This document shows, in pieces, positions 21,543 to 28,974 of a stretch of DNA of 32,000 nt; position 1 is the stretch's first letter; each line of letters opens with the position of its first letter. The notes beneath the pieces were generated by a model. That model saw only the letters and a list, made by a program, of their open reading frames with translations, was not told where the DNA came from and did not search any database. The stretch is taken from the NCBI GenBank assembly GCA_032128115.1, contig JAQBHB010000090.1, positions 42,268 to 74,267 of the forward strand, given 5' to 3'. The position numbers and the translations under genes were made by a program. This DNA is from Deltaproteobacteria bacterium (GTDB lineage: Bacteria > Myxococcota_A > UBA9160 > SMWR01).

Positions 21543-23708
21543 GTGTACGAGCCCAGACCCCTCGATACGGATCTCGCCGAGCTCGATCCCGAGTTGCACG
21601 CCCTGCTCGAGCGGCTGGCCGAACACCACCACGACCTCTGGGCCCGCGCGCAGATGCGCGAAGGCTGGCGCCACGGGGCCACACGCGACGAAGACCGCAA
21701 GCTCGACCCGCGCCTGATTCCGTACACGGAGCTGGCGGAGCCGGAAAAGCAGCGCGAACGCCGCGGAGCGCGGGAAGTCATCCACGCGATCCGGGCGCTC
21801 GGCCTCGAAATCCGTCGGCTCGTGCCCCACCCGGCTTCCGCCCGGATTCGCGACCGGGTGGCGGCGCCCGCCCCAGTGGCGCTGGGCGACGACGTTCCCG
21901 GCGTTCGCCAGCGGGTGGAGGAGCTTCTCCGCATGGGCGAGCCGCTCCTGGCCTACGAGGCGATCCAGGAGGCCATCGGGCGCTGGCCCGGGGATCTCCG
22001 CTTGCGCCAGCTTCGGGGACTCGCCCTGGCCCGCAGCGGGGCCGCCGATCGCGCGAACCAGGCGATGCGCGAGCTTCGCGAGGAAGGCCACGGCGACGGC
22101 GAGACGCTCGGCATCCTGGCTCGAACGCACAAGGACCTGGCACAGCGCGCGGCAGCGCCAGCGGATCGGGCGTTGCACCTGGAACAGGCCTACCTCGCCT
22201 ATCGGCAGGGCTACGACGCGGCACGCCGCCTGGACAACATCGGGGATGCGTATTTCACGGGCATCAACGCGGCCACGCTCAGCTTCGTCTCGGGTGAACC
22301 CGAACGAGCAAGAGGGCTCGCTCGCGAAGTGCGCGCGCTCTGCCAGCACCAGCTGGCGCTCAGCCCCGAGGACGCATCCTATTGGTTGTACGCGACGCTT
22401 GCCGAGGCCGCGCTCCTGTTGGGTGACCGTGGCGAGGCCGAAGATCAGTATGGCCGGGCCGCTGAGCGGGCGGGCGGGCGCTTCGCCGACCTGAGCACCA
22501 CTCGGCGCCAGGCGCGTTTCCTGCTGTCGGAGCGGGGCGAAGATCCCAGATGGGTCGAGGAGGTCCTCCAGGTCCCCCCGCTCGCCATGTTCACGGGACA
22601 CATGATCGATCGCCCCGGGCGAGAAAGCGCCCGCTTTCCACCCGAGCACGAAGACCGGGTCGCGCACGCGATCCGGGAGCGGATTCGACGGATGCGTCCC
22701 GCGGCCGGCTATGCCTCGGCCGCATGCGGGGGCGACCTCCTGTTTCTGGAGTCGATGCTCGCCGAGGGGCGCGAATTCCACGTGGTTCTGCCCTTCCCTC
22801 CCGACGAGTTTCTCCGCACCAGCGTCGACGTGATCCCGGGCGCCAGCTGGCGCCAGCGCTTCGACCGTGTACTGGCGGCCGCGGCCAGTGTGACCACGGC
22901 CAGCGACCACCACTCCTCGGACGATGTGTCGAACTTCGTCTACGCAAACCTGATCCTCACCGGCATGGCAGCGCTCCACGCGAGACGCCTCGATACGGAG
23001 CTCTTCGCCCTCACCGTATGGGACGGAGAACAAGGGGACGGCCTGGGCGGCACCGCATCGCTCCTGCAGCATTGGCAGTCGAGTGGCCACGCTGTCGAGC
23101 GGATCGATCCCGCCGCTCCGGATGCGGAGGTCACGAACCCCGCGCTCCCGAGCGCCGACGGAACACACGCGATCCCCGAGAATCTGATGGCGATGCTCTT
23201 CGCCGACGCCGTTGGCTACAGCGAGCTGCACTACGATCAGATCCCGCTCTTTGTCGAGCACTTCGTCTCGCCGATCGCAGAACTGATCGGTCGTAGCGCC
23301 ACCCCGCCCGTCCTCAAGGAAACCGCGGGAGACGGTTTCTACTTCGTGTTTCGAAACGTGCGCGACGCTGGGCTGTTCGCCCTGGCGCTCCGCGACCTCA
23401 TCTCACAGGTGGACTGGGAGGCCCGCGGGCTTCCCGCGACCCTGGGGCTTCGCACCGCGCTCCACTGTGGTCCGGTTCACAAGCTGGTCGACCCGATCAC
23501 GGGCGAACAGAAGTTCACCGGGCCCCACACGAGCCGCACCGCCCGCATCGAGCCGATTACGCCGCCGGGCCAGGTCTACGCGAGCCAGGCCTTTGCCGCG
23601 GTGGCCGCAGCGATCGGAGTCGAAGAGCTCGACTTCGAGTACGTGGGGCGCACCGACCTGGCGAAAAAATACGGCTCGCTCGCCCTCTACCACGTGCGGC
23701 GCGCCTGA
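21543..23708 (+). CDS. multidomain protein: RyR domain - TPR-like (MAP3K-TRAF-binding/DUF4071-like) region - Rossmann/SLOG-like region - class III adenylate/guanylate-type nucleotidyl cyclase domain
   Basis: RyR-like segment HALLERLAEHHHDLWARAQMREGW..G......K.DPRLIPYTELAEPEKQRER (about 21582-21812). Helical repeat region with GILARTHKDL...YFTGINAATLSF. Segment MFTGHMIDRPGRESARFP...ACGGDLLFLESMLAEGREFHVVLPF from 22587. Cyclase motifs LFADAVGYS (Asp 23205-23207), AGDGFYFVF (Asp 23331-23333) and GPHTSRTARIE. The start is uncertain. GTG 21543 is the first start after the upstream stop (8-nt gap). The track's 21252 start would overlap the WD40 gene by 283 nt. Confidence 0.8.
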   Translation: MYEPRPLDTDLAELDPELHALLERLAEHHHDLWARAQMREGWRHGATRDEDRKLDPRLIPYTELAEPEKQRERRGAREVIHAIRALGLEIRRLVPHPASARIRDRVAAPAPVALGDDVPGVRQRVEELLRMGEPLLAYEAIQEAIGRWPGDLRLRQLRGLALARSGAADRANQAMRELREEGHGDGETLGILARTHKDLAQRAAAPADRALHLEQAYLAYRQGYDAARRLDNIGDAYFTGINAATLSFVSGEPERARGLAREVRALCQHQLALSPEDASYWLYATLAEAALLLGDRGEAEDQYGRAAERAGGRFADLSTTRRQARFLLSERGEDPRWVEEVLQVPPLAMFTGHMIDRPGRESARFPPEHEDRVAHAIRERIRRMRPAAGYASAACGGDLLFLESMLAEGREFHVVLPFPPDEFLRTSVDVIPGASWRQRFDRVLAAAASVTTASDHHSSDDVSNFVYANLILTGMAALHARRLDTELFALTVWDGEQGDGLGGTASLLQHWQSSGHAVERIDPAAPDAEVTNPALPSADGTHAIPENLMAMLFADAVGYSELHYDQIPLFVEHFVSPIAELIGRSATPPVLKETAGDGFYFVFRNVRDAGLFALALRDLISQVDWEARGLPATLGLRTALHCGPVHKLVDPITGEQKFTGPHTSRTARIEPITPPGQVYASQAFAAVAAAIGVEELDFEYVGRTDLAKKYGSLALYHVRRA

Positions 23709-23812
23709 TTGGAACCCGCAAACGGGCGCCCCCGGGAGCGCTCGAACCTGCGACGTACCCCCGGAAACCCGCCCCGAGAAAATCCAACGCTCGCGCCCGA
23801 GGCCGAGTTCCC

Positions 23813-23923
23813 CTACGCCCGAATGCGCCGCCTCCCCAGAAGCAGGAGGAAACCAACGCCCACGACCAGCATGCTGAGCACATCCGGCTCGGGCAGGGGA
23901 ATGCAGTCGACATCGCAGCCATT
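23813..23923 (-). pseudogene. orphan PEP-CTERM sorting-signal remnant (3' end of a truncated gene)
   Basis: The minus-strand translation ends ...NGCDVDCIPLPEPDVLSMLVVGVGFLLLLGRRRIRA*. This is a PEP motif, a hydrophobic helix and an Arg cluster, the canonical PEP-CTERM tail. The upstream part of the same ORF is antisense to a transposase fragment and has no plausible start. Confidence 0.45.
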
Positions 23924-23992
23924 CGAGAGGGTCTCCTGCCCCTCGCACGGCTGATCGCCACAGCAGGCCAGAACGCGCGATGGCTGTCTCAA

Positions 23993-24133
23993 CCGGTGGC
24001 TCTTCGAGTCACTGCGCGAAGCACGAGAGACGTCGGAAGCATGGCTGCAGGAGTACAACGTGGAGCGACCGCATGGGTCGCTCGGAGGGCAAGTGCCCTC
24101 CAAGTTCTTCGAACAATGGGAAGAGCAGAATAG
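23993..24133 (+). mobile_element. C-terminal fragment of an rve/DDE (IS3/IS481-like) transposase; IS remnant
   Basis: The frame translation RWLFESLREARETSEAWLQEYNVERPHGSLGGQVPSKFFEQWERAE* matches the conserved tail of integrase-core transposases (..A...i..W...YN..RPH..LGG..P..F). No upstream catalytic domain is present, since an in-frame stop sits at 23951-23953. Confidence 0.7.
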
Positions 24134-24146
24134 GGAAGCAGCCTGA

Positions 24147-24386
24147 TGTTCAGGCGAAATCCCGAACCCAACGGCTGGTAGCGGTTCTTCGGGCTTGCCA
24201 AACACGCAGGGCGCGTTCTCCATCGACCTGGCCACCGGTAGGCTCCAGGTGGTAGAGCCCGCGGCCCTGGACTTCGAGACCACCCCCTCCTTCACCCTGA
24301 AGGTCTGGGCGTGCGACTCCGCGGAATCTGCCCACAGCGCCACGGCCACCATCACGATCGATGTCAGAAACGCCGATGAGTCCCCC
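24147..24386 (+). pseudogene. isolated cadherin-like repeat fragment
   Basis: The translation ...GAFSIDLATGRLQVVEPAALDFETTPSFTLKVWACDSAESAHSATATITIDVRNADESP follows the cadherin-domain pattern (F.ID..TG.L.V...LDFE....F.L.V.A.D......T..I.V.N..E.P). It has no start or signal peptide, begins right after the transposase remnant, and degenerates into non-coding-looking sequence after 24386. Confidence 0.55.
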
Positions 24387-24782
24387 GCAGATGAGACAAA
24401 AAAGAATCGGCGGAAGGAACTCGAGCGCAAGCTCCCGGTGTGGGGCCAGATCCCGCCTCGGCTCCTGTTTGACAGAACGCTTAACTATCGGACCCGGCGG
24501 AAACACAGCTTGTTCGTCCTATCCCCTGAATTTCACTGTCTTCACATTCGTTTTCCCTTCCGATGAAATATTGAACTTTCTAGACGTCGTTTGTACCCCG
24601 TCAGCAGAAGTCGGACCGGGGGTCTTCGGGCCGGCCTCGAAGAGGATCTCCACCTTGCGGACGCCGGCCTTGCGGGGTCCCGCCCCAGCCTTGCCCTCCG
24701 CCTCGCCGTCGGCTGGCCCTCCTTTTTTTTGACACTTAGGCTTGTTCGGAGCCACTTCCTTGTACAGGGGATCCGCGCGCCC

Positions 24783-24821
24783 GGAGAAAACTTCTTCCGA
24801 CAAATGGAAGGTCTTTTCTCC
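24783..24821. promoter_or_regulatory. imperfect palindrome (GGAGAAAA..CTTCC-N7-GGAAG..TTTTCTCC), candidate enhancer-binding-protein site (UAS)
   Basis: Outer arms are at 24783-24790 and 24814-24821, inner arms at 24794-24798 and 24806-24810. The centre lies ~97 nt upstream of the predicted sigma54 transcription start. Confidence 0.3.
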
Positions 24822-24872
24822 TCTCGGGCGCCGTTCGGTTCGCAACTCCCTGATTTTCCTACGTTCCGAATC

Positions 24873-24888
24873 TGGTACGGATATTGCT
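24873..24888 (+). promoter_or_regulatory. sigma54 (RpoN) -24/-12 promoter
   Basis: TGGTACGGATATTGCT matches TGGCAC-N5-TTGC with a single mismatch and correct spacing. It lies 121 nt upstream of the PEP-CTERM gene start. Predicted TSS is about 24899. Confidence 0.55.
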
Positions 24889-24901
24889 CCAGCCCGTGCC
24901 G

Positions 24902-24942
24902 GGAAGGGGAGCCGCCTCGCGCGGTTCTGCTTCCTTTTTTTT
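24902..24942 (+). terminator. intrinsic-terminator-like hairpin plus U8 in the leader of the PEP-CTERM gene
   Basis: GGAAG (24902-06) pairs with CTTCC (24930-34). GAGCCGC (24909-15) pairs with GCGGTTC (24921-27, one G-U). The loop is 5 nt, and TTTTTTTT follows immediately (24935-42). Confidence 0.45.
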
Positions 24943-25008
24943 GTGCTCGCTCCTGGGAAGGGCATTCGCGCGGGGGACCGACAGCGGTTCCCCGGGGACC
25001 CAGGAGGA

Positions 25009-25629
25009 ATGCCCGTGTCTGCTCTATCGAGGTTTCGCTCTATCGGCTCCCAGTGCCGTCGGCTTCCCAGGCTGGCTCCTCTGGTGGTATCGATCGCTAT
25101 CGTTGGCTTTGCCGCGGCCGCCGCAGCAACTCCGATGCTCGGTCCGGTGACGATGTTGTTCACCCACGCACAGGGAACGGGGACGATTGAGATCCTCGGA
25201 AGCAGCACCGGACCGCCGACCGACGGCATCCAGCTCGGCGGTATCACCGACGCCCAGGCTGTGACCCTCCTCTTCGAGGTCTTTGTGACCGGGGGCAACG
25301 AGCTGAAGACGCTCACCCTCGAGTACGACACGCAGGCGTCAACCGGCGTGGGAGTCGTCCCCGGTTCGGGCGTGGACTTCAAGTCGGCGGCTGCGAGCGG
25401 GGGAGGCTGGACCCTCTCGCCGAACAAGCTCAAGGAGGGCACGAGTGACATCTTCTTCGTGTCGTTCGCGAACAGTCTGGGCTCGGGAGACCTGAGCTTC
25501 GACATGAAGTTCAAGACAGGCACAGCGAACGTGAGCACAATGATCCAGAACCCGGAGCCGAGCACCGTACTGCTCCTGGGCCTGGGTCTGGTCGGACTGA
25601 CCGCTGCTCGCAGACGATCGCCGCGCTGA
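25009..25629 (+). CDS. PEP-CTERM sorting-domain protein (secreted/exosortase substrate)
   Basis: N-terminal signal-like region MPVSALSRFRS...LAPLVVSIAIVGFAAAAAATP. C-terminus QNPEPSTVLLLGLGLVGLTAARRRSPR* has PEP at 25552-25560, a TM helix and an Arg cluster. AGGAGG lies at 25002-25007. The start is either ATG 25009 or in-frame GTG 25015, which has better SD spacing. Confidence 0.85.
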   Translation: MPVSALSRFRSIGSQCRRLPRLAPLVVSIAIVGFAAAAAATPMLGPVTMLFTHAQGTGTIEILGSSTGPPTDGIQLGGITDAQAVTLLFEVFVTGGNELKTLTLEYDTQASTGVGVVPGSGVDFKSAAASGGGWTLSPNKLKEGTSDIFFVSFANSLGSGDLSFDMKFKTGTANVSTMIQNPEPSTVLLLGLGLVGLTAARRRSPR

Positions 25630-25740
25630 TGACGGCTCGCCCGGTTTGGTTCGTTCCACCGGGTCAGCCCAAAACACCACCAGCGCTACTTGGAGGGGTT
25701 CGAGATTCGCATCGTGATCGAAGGGCTCCGAGGCGAGCAC

Positions 25741-25805
25741 GAGCGCAGTTCAAAAAGCAAGGCCGAAGGCCGCGCAGCGAGCCGCAGGCGAGCGCAGTTC
25801 AAAAA
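25741..25805. repeat. 16-bp perfect direct repeat GAGCGCAGTTCAAAAA (25741-25756 and 25790-25805) in the convergent intergenic region
   Basis: Read directly. The flanks are also similar (AGGCGAGC before both copies). The second copy overlaps the amidase stop codon. The small stem GGCC-GAA-GGCC lies between the copies. Confidence 0.7.
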
Positions 25806-27202
25806 ACCGGCCAGTGGTCAGCCCACGGGCGCTCGCGCTCGAAGGCGTGGGCTGCCTGCAACACCAGGTCGTCCCGGTGTCGCGGTCCCACGATCTGGAG
25901 TCCCACGGGAAGCCCCGCCCTGGAGAAGCCCGCGCGCACGCTGGCCGCCGGGTGCCACGAAAGGTTGAAGGGCATGGTCAATCCGCCCACGCTTCCCCAC
26001 GGCTGCTTCATGCCTTCTACCTCCGTCGGGAACGGCCCCCCTGCCGGGGGCGGGTCGTAGGGAACGGTGGGCGTGAGCAGCAGATCGTAATCGTCGAAGA
26101 CTGCGGCACACCAGCGGTTGAGCTGCTCGCGGCGGCGACGGTACTCGCCCCAGCGCACGGGCGTCATGCGCGCTCCGGTCTTCACGCCCTTGATGAAGGC
26201 GCGGCCGAAATCGGACTCGCGGTCCGGCAGCAGCGGTGACAGTTCCGACATCAGCTCGAAGGCACCCACGAGACCCCAGTCGCGGTAGGGCTCGACGGGG
26301 CCGCCCTCGATGTCCTCGAGGGTTCCCAGCTTCCCGAATACCCGTGAAGCTTCGTATACCACTTCGGCCACGTCGCTTTGCACGTGGGCATAGCCCAGGT
26401 CGGGCGAGAAACCGATGCGCAGGGCCGGGGGCAGGGCGCCGAGCACATCCCGATAGGAATGGCCCGGGTGGGGCAGCGAGTTGGGATCGAGGGGGTGGGC
26501 GCCGACCACGGCGTCCAGCTGGAGCGCCGCATCCTCCACCGTGCGTGTCAGGGGTCCGTACACCGACACGTCTTCCATGGCCCAGAGTTGCCGGCCTTCG
26601 TGGGGAACCCGTCCGTAGCTCACCTTGAGGCCGAAGCATCCGGTAAAGCTCGCGGGGATACGGATCGATCCGCCGCCGTCGCTGGCGGTGGCCAGGGGAA
26701 TCACGCCGCCGGCGATGGCGGCCGAGGAGCCGCCGCTGGATCCTCCGGGCGTGCGTTTCAGGTCCCAGGGGTTGCGCGTGGGACCGAACAACAGGTTCTT
26801 GGTGATGGCGGTGTAGCCGAATTCCGGCGCGTTGGTCTTGCCCACCACGATGGCGCCGGCCCCCTTGAGACGCTCTACCTGAACCGAGTCGCGCAGGGGT
26901 CGGTGGTCCCGGAAGGGAATCGAGCCCTGGCTGGTCACCAGCGGCGCCGCGTCCTCCAGATCCTTCACACCGAAGGGGACCCCCTCGAGCAGGCGCGCCT
27001 CACGCCGGGCGATGCGCGCCTCGGCCGCGCGGGCGTCCGACATCAGGGCGTCCCGGTCTCGGAGTGCGACGAATGCGTTGAGCTTCGGGTGGGTCGCTTC
27101 GATGCGGTCGAGCACCGTCTCCATCAGTTCGACTGGGGACAGCTTCGCGGTGGCGAGGAGTCGGGCGATCTCGGTGAGAGGGCGCTGGAGTAGATCCGTC
27201 AT
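25799..27202 (-). CDS. amidase (amidase-signature family, GatA-like)
   Basis: AS-family signature [14 protein letters not shown], catalytic Lys context GVPFGVKDL, 467 aa. SD GGAGG lies just upstream of the ATG on the minus strand. Confidence 0.92.
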   Translation of the reverse strand: MTDLLQRPLTEIARLLATAKLSPVELMETVLDRIEATHPKLNAFVALRDRDALMSDARAAEARIARREARLLEGVPFGVKDLEDAAPLVTSQGSIPFRDHRPLRDSVQVERLKGAGAIVVGKTNAPEFGYTAITKNLLFGPTRNPWDLKRTPGGSSGGSSAAIAGGVIPLATASDGGGSIRIPASFTGCFGLKVSYGRVPHEGRQLWAMEDVSVYGPLTRTVEDAALQLDAVVGAHPLDPNSLPHPGHSYRDVLGALPPALRIGFSPDLGYAHVQSDVAEVVYEASRVFGKLGTLEDIEGGPVEPYRDWGLVGAFELMSELSPLLPDRESDFGRAFIKGVKTGARMTPVRWGEYRRRREQLNRWCAAVFDDYDLLLTPTVPYDPPPAGGPFPTEVEGMKQPWGSVGGLTMPFNLSWHPAASVRAGFSRAGLPVGLQIVGPRHRDDLVLQAAHAFERERPWADHWPVF

Positions 27203-27400
27203 GGTCCTCCGAGGGGGGGTGCTTCGGGCCGTGGCCGAGGGTCACCCATGCCACTGTGTTTGCCTCCGGGGCGGGGGAAAAGTCAATCACTCGAACGGGT
27301 TCGATCGCAGGGCCTCCGCGGGCGTCGCACCCGCCGCCCGCTGCGGCCCTGGGAAAGTGCCGATTTCGGGGGTCTCAGGCCCAGAAAAGGCTCATATCGT

Positions 27401-27430
27401 TTGGAACCCCACGCCGAAAATGCCTATGAT
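27401..27430 (+). promoter_or_regulatory. sigma70-like promoter candidate (TTGGAA-18 nt-TATGAT)
   Basis: -35 TTGGAA at 27401-27406, an 18-nt spacer, and -10 TATGAT at 27425-27430. It lies ~60 nt upstream of the histone-fold gene start. This is a pattern match only. Confidence 0.35.
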
Positions 27431-27492
27431 GCGCCGGTCCTGTCCATGCCGTATGTCGCGACATGGGGGGAAGCAAGGATGGGAGAATTCAA

Positions 27493-27693
27493 ATGGCAGC
27501 GAAAAAGAAGAAGGCAGGGTCGACTGGTGACCTCATCATTTCCAAGTCGCGCACCAAGGCGGCCGTCAAGAAGTGCAACGTGGGTTCGGAGTTCTACGGA
27601 GCGCTCGACAAGGCCACCCGGGCCCTGATCGCGGACGCCGAGCGGCGCGCGCTGGGCAACAAGCGGAAGACGCTCAAGGCGAACGACCTCTAA
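27493..27693 (+). CDS. small bacterial histone-fold protein (DUF1931 / Bdellovibrio Bd0055-like) with a Lys-rich N-terminal tail
   Basis: The 66-aa sequence MAAKKKKAGSTGDLIISKSRTKAAVKKCNVGSEFYGALDKATRALIADAERRALGNKRKTLKANDL follows the singlet bacterial histone pattern as I recall it (..SK.K..+K....+S.E....L.KA...L.......A...RKT+.A.D+). GGGAGA lies 6 nt before ATG 27493. A strong terminator follows. Confidence 0.6.
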   Translation: MAAKKKKAGSTGDLIISKSRTKAAVKKCNVGSEFYGALDKATRALIADAERRALGNKRKTLKANDL

Positions 27694-27720
27694 TCGTCGT
27701 TTGCGCGGTTCGATCGAGAA

Positions 27721-27755
27721 GGCCCGCCGGGATCACCGGCGGGCCTCTTTCTTTT
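27721..27755 (+). terminator. Rho-independent terminator
   Basis: A perfect 10-bp GC stem, GGCCCGCCGG (27721-30) with CCGGCGGGCC (27736-45), has a 5-nt loop GATCA and is followed by TCTTTCTTTT. It lies between two convergent genes. Confidence 0.8.
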
Positions 27756-27803
27756 GCGCTCACGTCTTGCCGTCACGCAAGGGCGGAGCGGGCTGGCAGC
27801 GGG

Positions 27804-28943
27804 TCAGGTCGGTCGGGCCGCCTGCGGATCGAGATTGGCACCCACACGAAAGAGGGTCTCCAGGGGAATGCGCCGCACCGCTTCCACCGCATCGATCGCG
27901 TTCGCGCCCGAGATGAAGGCGAGACCCTCGCTCGCGAAGTGCGCGGCCTTCTCGATCGCATGGGGCAACGACTCGGCATCCGACAGGGACATGCGGTCGG
28001 CGACTGCCAGCTTGTTGGCGAGGGCCACGAACGCGAAAAACGCGGCGTTCCGCTCGCGCTCCTCCAGTTGCGCCAGGGTCCGGAAGACCAGCGGGGCGTC
28101 GTCGCTTTCGGCGGGAAGCCCCGGAATCCACACCGGGAGACGCCAGGCATCCATGTCGAGGGCGTTTTCGCCCTCGGGAATCCGTAGTCGCTCCTCCGGC
28201 GACATGTAGCGGTAGACCCGCATGGCCTCGTCCCAGGGCGGGAAGCCCAGGTCTTCGAGCCGACCCGTACGCCAGCGAAAGGCCCACTCCTCGCATTCGC
28301 TGTCCAGCTCCCAGATCGCGCCCTGCATCATTCGGAAGTACGTCCAGTAGTCCTGCTGGAACAGCTGCCGCATGAGGCTCACGATGGCCGAGATGTCGTC
28401 GTCCTTGCGGCGGGCGGAGAAGTAGAACTGACCCTCCAGGGTCTGGCCGCCGTCGGGCGGCTCCCAGTCGTCACTGTTGGGTTTGAGCTCCACGTCGATA
28501 CGCTGACGCAGGTAGAGCACCACCAGCTCGGGATCGAGCGCCTGCACGGAGCGCAGGAAGGAGTCGTCGGAGGTCTCGGCCAGTGCGTCGAGCCAGGAAT
28601 CCAGGGCCGCCCGATCCGGCAGCGCCCCCTGCCAGGCATCCAGGTCGACACAAGCCACGACCTGATCGGGTGTCGCATACTCGAGGATCCAGGGCGCGTC
28701 GTGGATGCCCACGGCCTTGACCGTGAAGCACAATTCGGCCTCGGGCATGCGCGGAATCACCGCTTCGGGCTCGGGCATCAGGTCGAGCAGGGCCGAGCGC
28801 TGCGACACCGCGGTCTCGCAGACCAGCGCCACCTGCGCATCGAGCGAGAGCGCGGCAACAGCTTTGCCCGCCGCCGCCCGATCGCTGCGTGCCAGGCGGA
28901 GCAGGCCACGGGCCTCGAGGGTGGGCGCGGGAGGGTTGGCCAT
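27804..28943 (-). CDS. conserved hypothetical protein (acidic, helical; family not recognised)
   Basis: 379-aa ORF with balanced, coding-like composition (..DAWQGALPDRAALDSWLDALAE.., ..QDYWTYFRMMQGAIWELDSECEEWAFRWRTGRLEDLGFPPWDEAM..). The competing ORFs at this locus are Arg/Pro/Gly-rich artefacts. Confidence 0.65.
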   Translation of the reverse strand: MANPPAPTLEARGLLRLARSDRAAAGKAVAALSLDAQVALVCETAVSQRSALLDLMPEPEAVIPRMPEAELCFTVKAVGIHDAPWILEYATPDQVVACVDLDAWQGALPDRAALDSWLDALAETSDDSFLRSVQALDPELVVLYLRQRIDVELKPNSDDWEPPDGGQTLEGQFYFSARRKDDDISAIVSLMRQLFQQDYWTYFRMMQGAIWELDSECEEWAFRWRTGRLEDLGFPPWDEAMRVYRYMSPEERLRIPEGENALDMDAWRLPVWIPGLPAESDDAPLVFRTLAQLEERERNAAFFAFVALANKLAVADRMSLSDAESLPHAIEKAAHFASEGLAFISGANAIDAVEAVRRIPLETLFRVGANLDPQAARPT

Positions 28944-28974
28944 TGCCAGAGGATAGCAATGCGCCGCGGTCCCG

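Noticed and set aside
23813-24430. 205-aa minus-strand ORF taken as one intact gene
   Set aside because: Only its last ~36 codons (the PEP-CTERM tail) look genuine. The remainder is antisense to a transposase fragment and a cadherin-repeat fragment that have much better family-like translations on the plus strand.
24685-24730. Terminator call for the first T8 run (24723-24730)
   Set aside because: The only pairing upstream is CCAGCC/GGCTGG with a 20-nt loop, far from a canonical intrinsic terminator. I noted it only as a second copy of TCCTTTTTTTTG.
24519-25565. 348-aa minus-strand ORF
   Set aside because: It is antisense to the PEP-CTERM gene, which has a signal peptide, PEP-CTERM tail, SD and sigma54 promoter. 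Its 3' part crosses the AT-richer non-coding stretch and shows no motifs.
27463-27492. Longer start (MGGSKDGRIQ) for the histone-fold gene
   Set aside because: ATG 27493 has better SD spacing (GGGAGA 6 nt upstream), and the extension would include the SD itself. Either start leaves the domain call unchanged.
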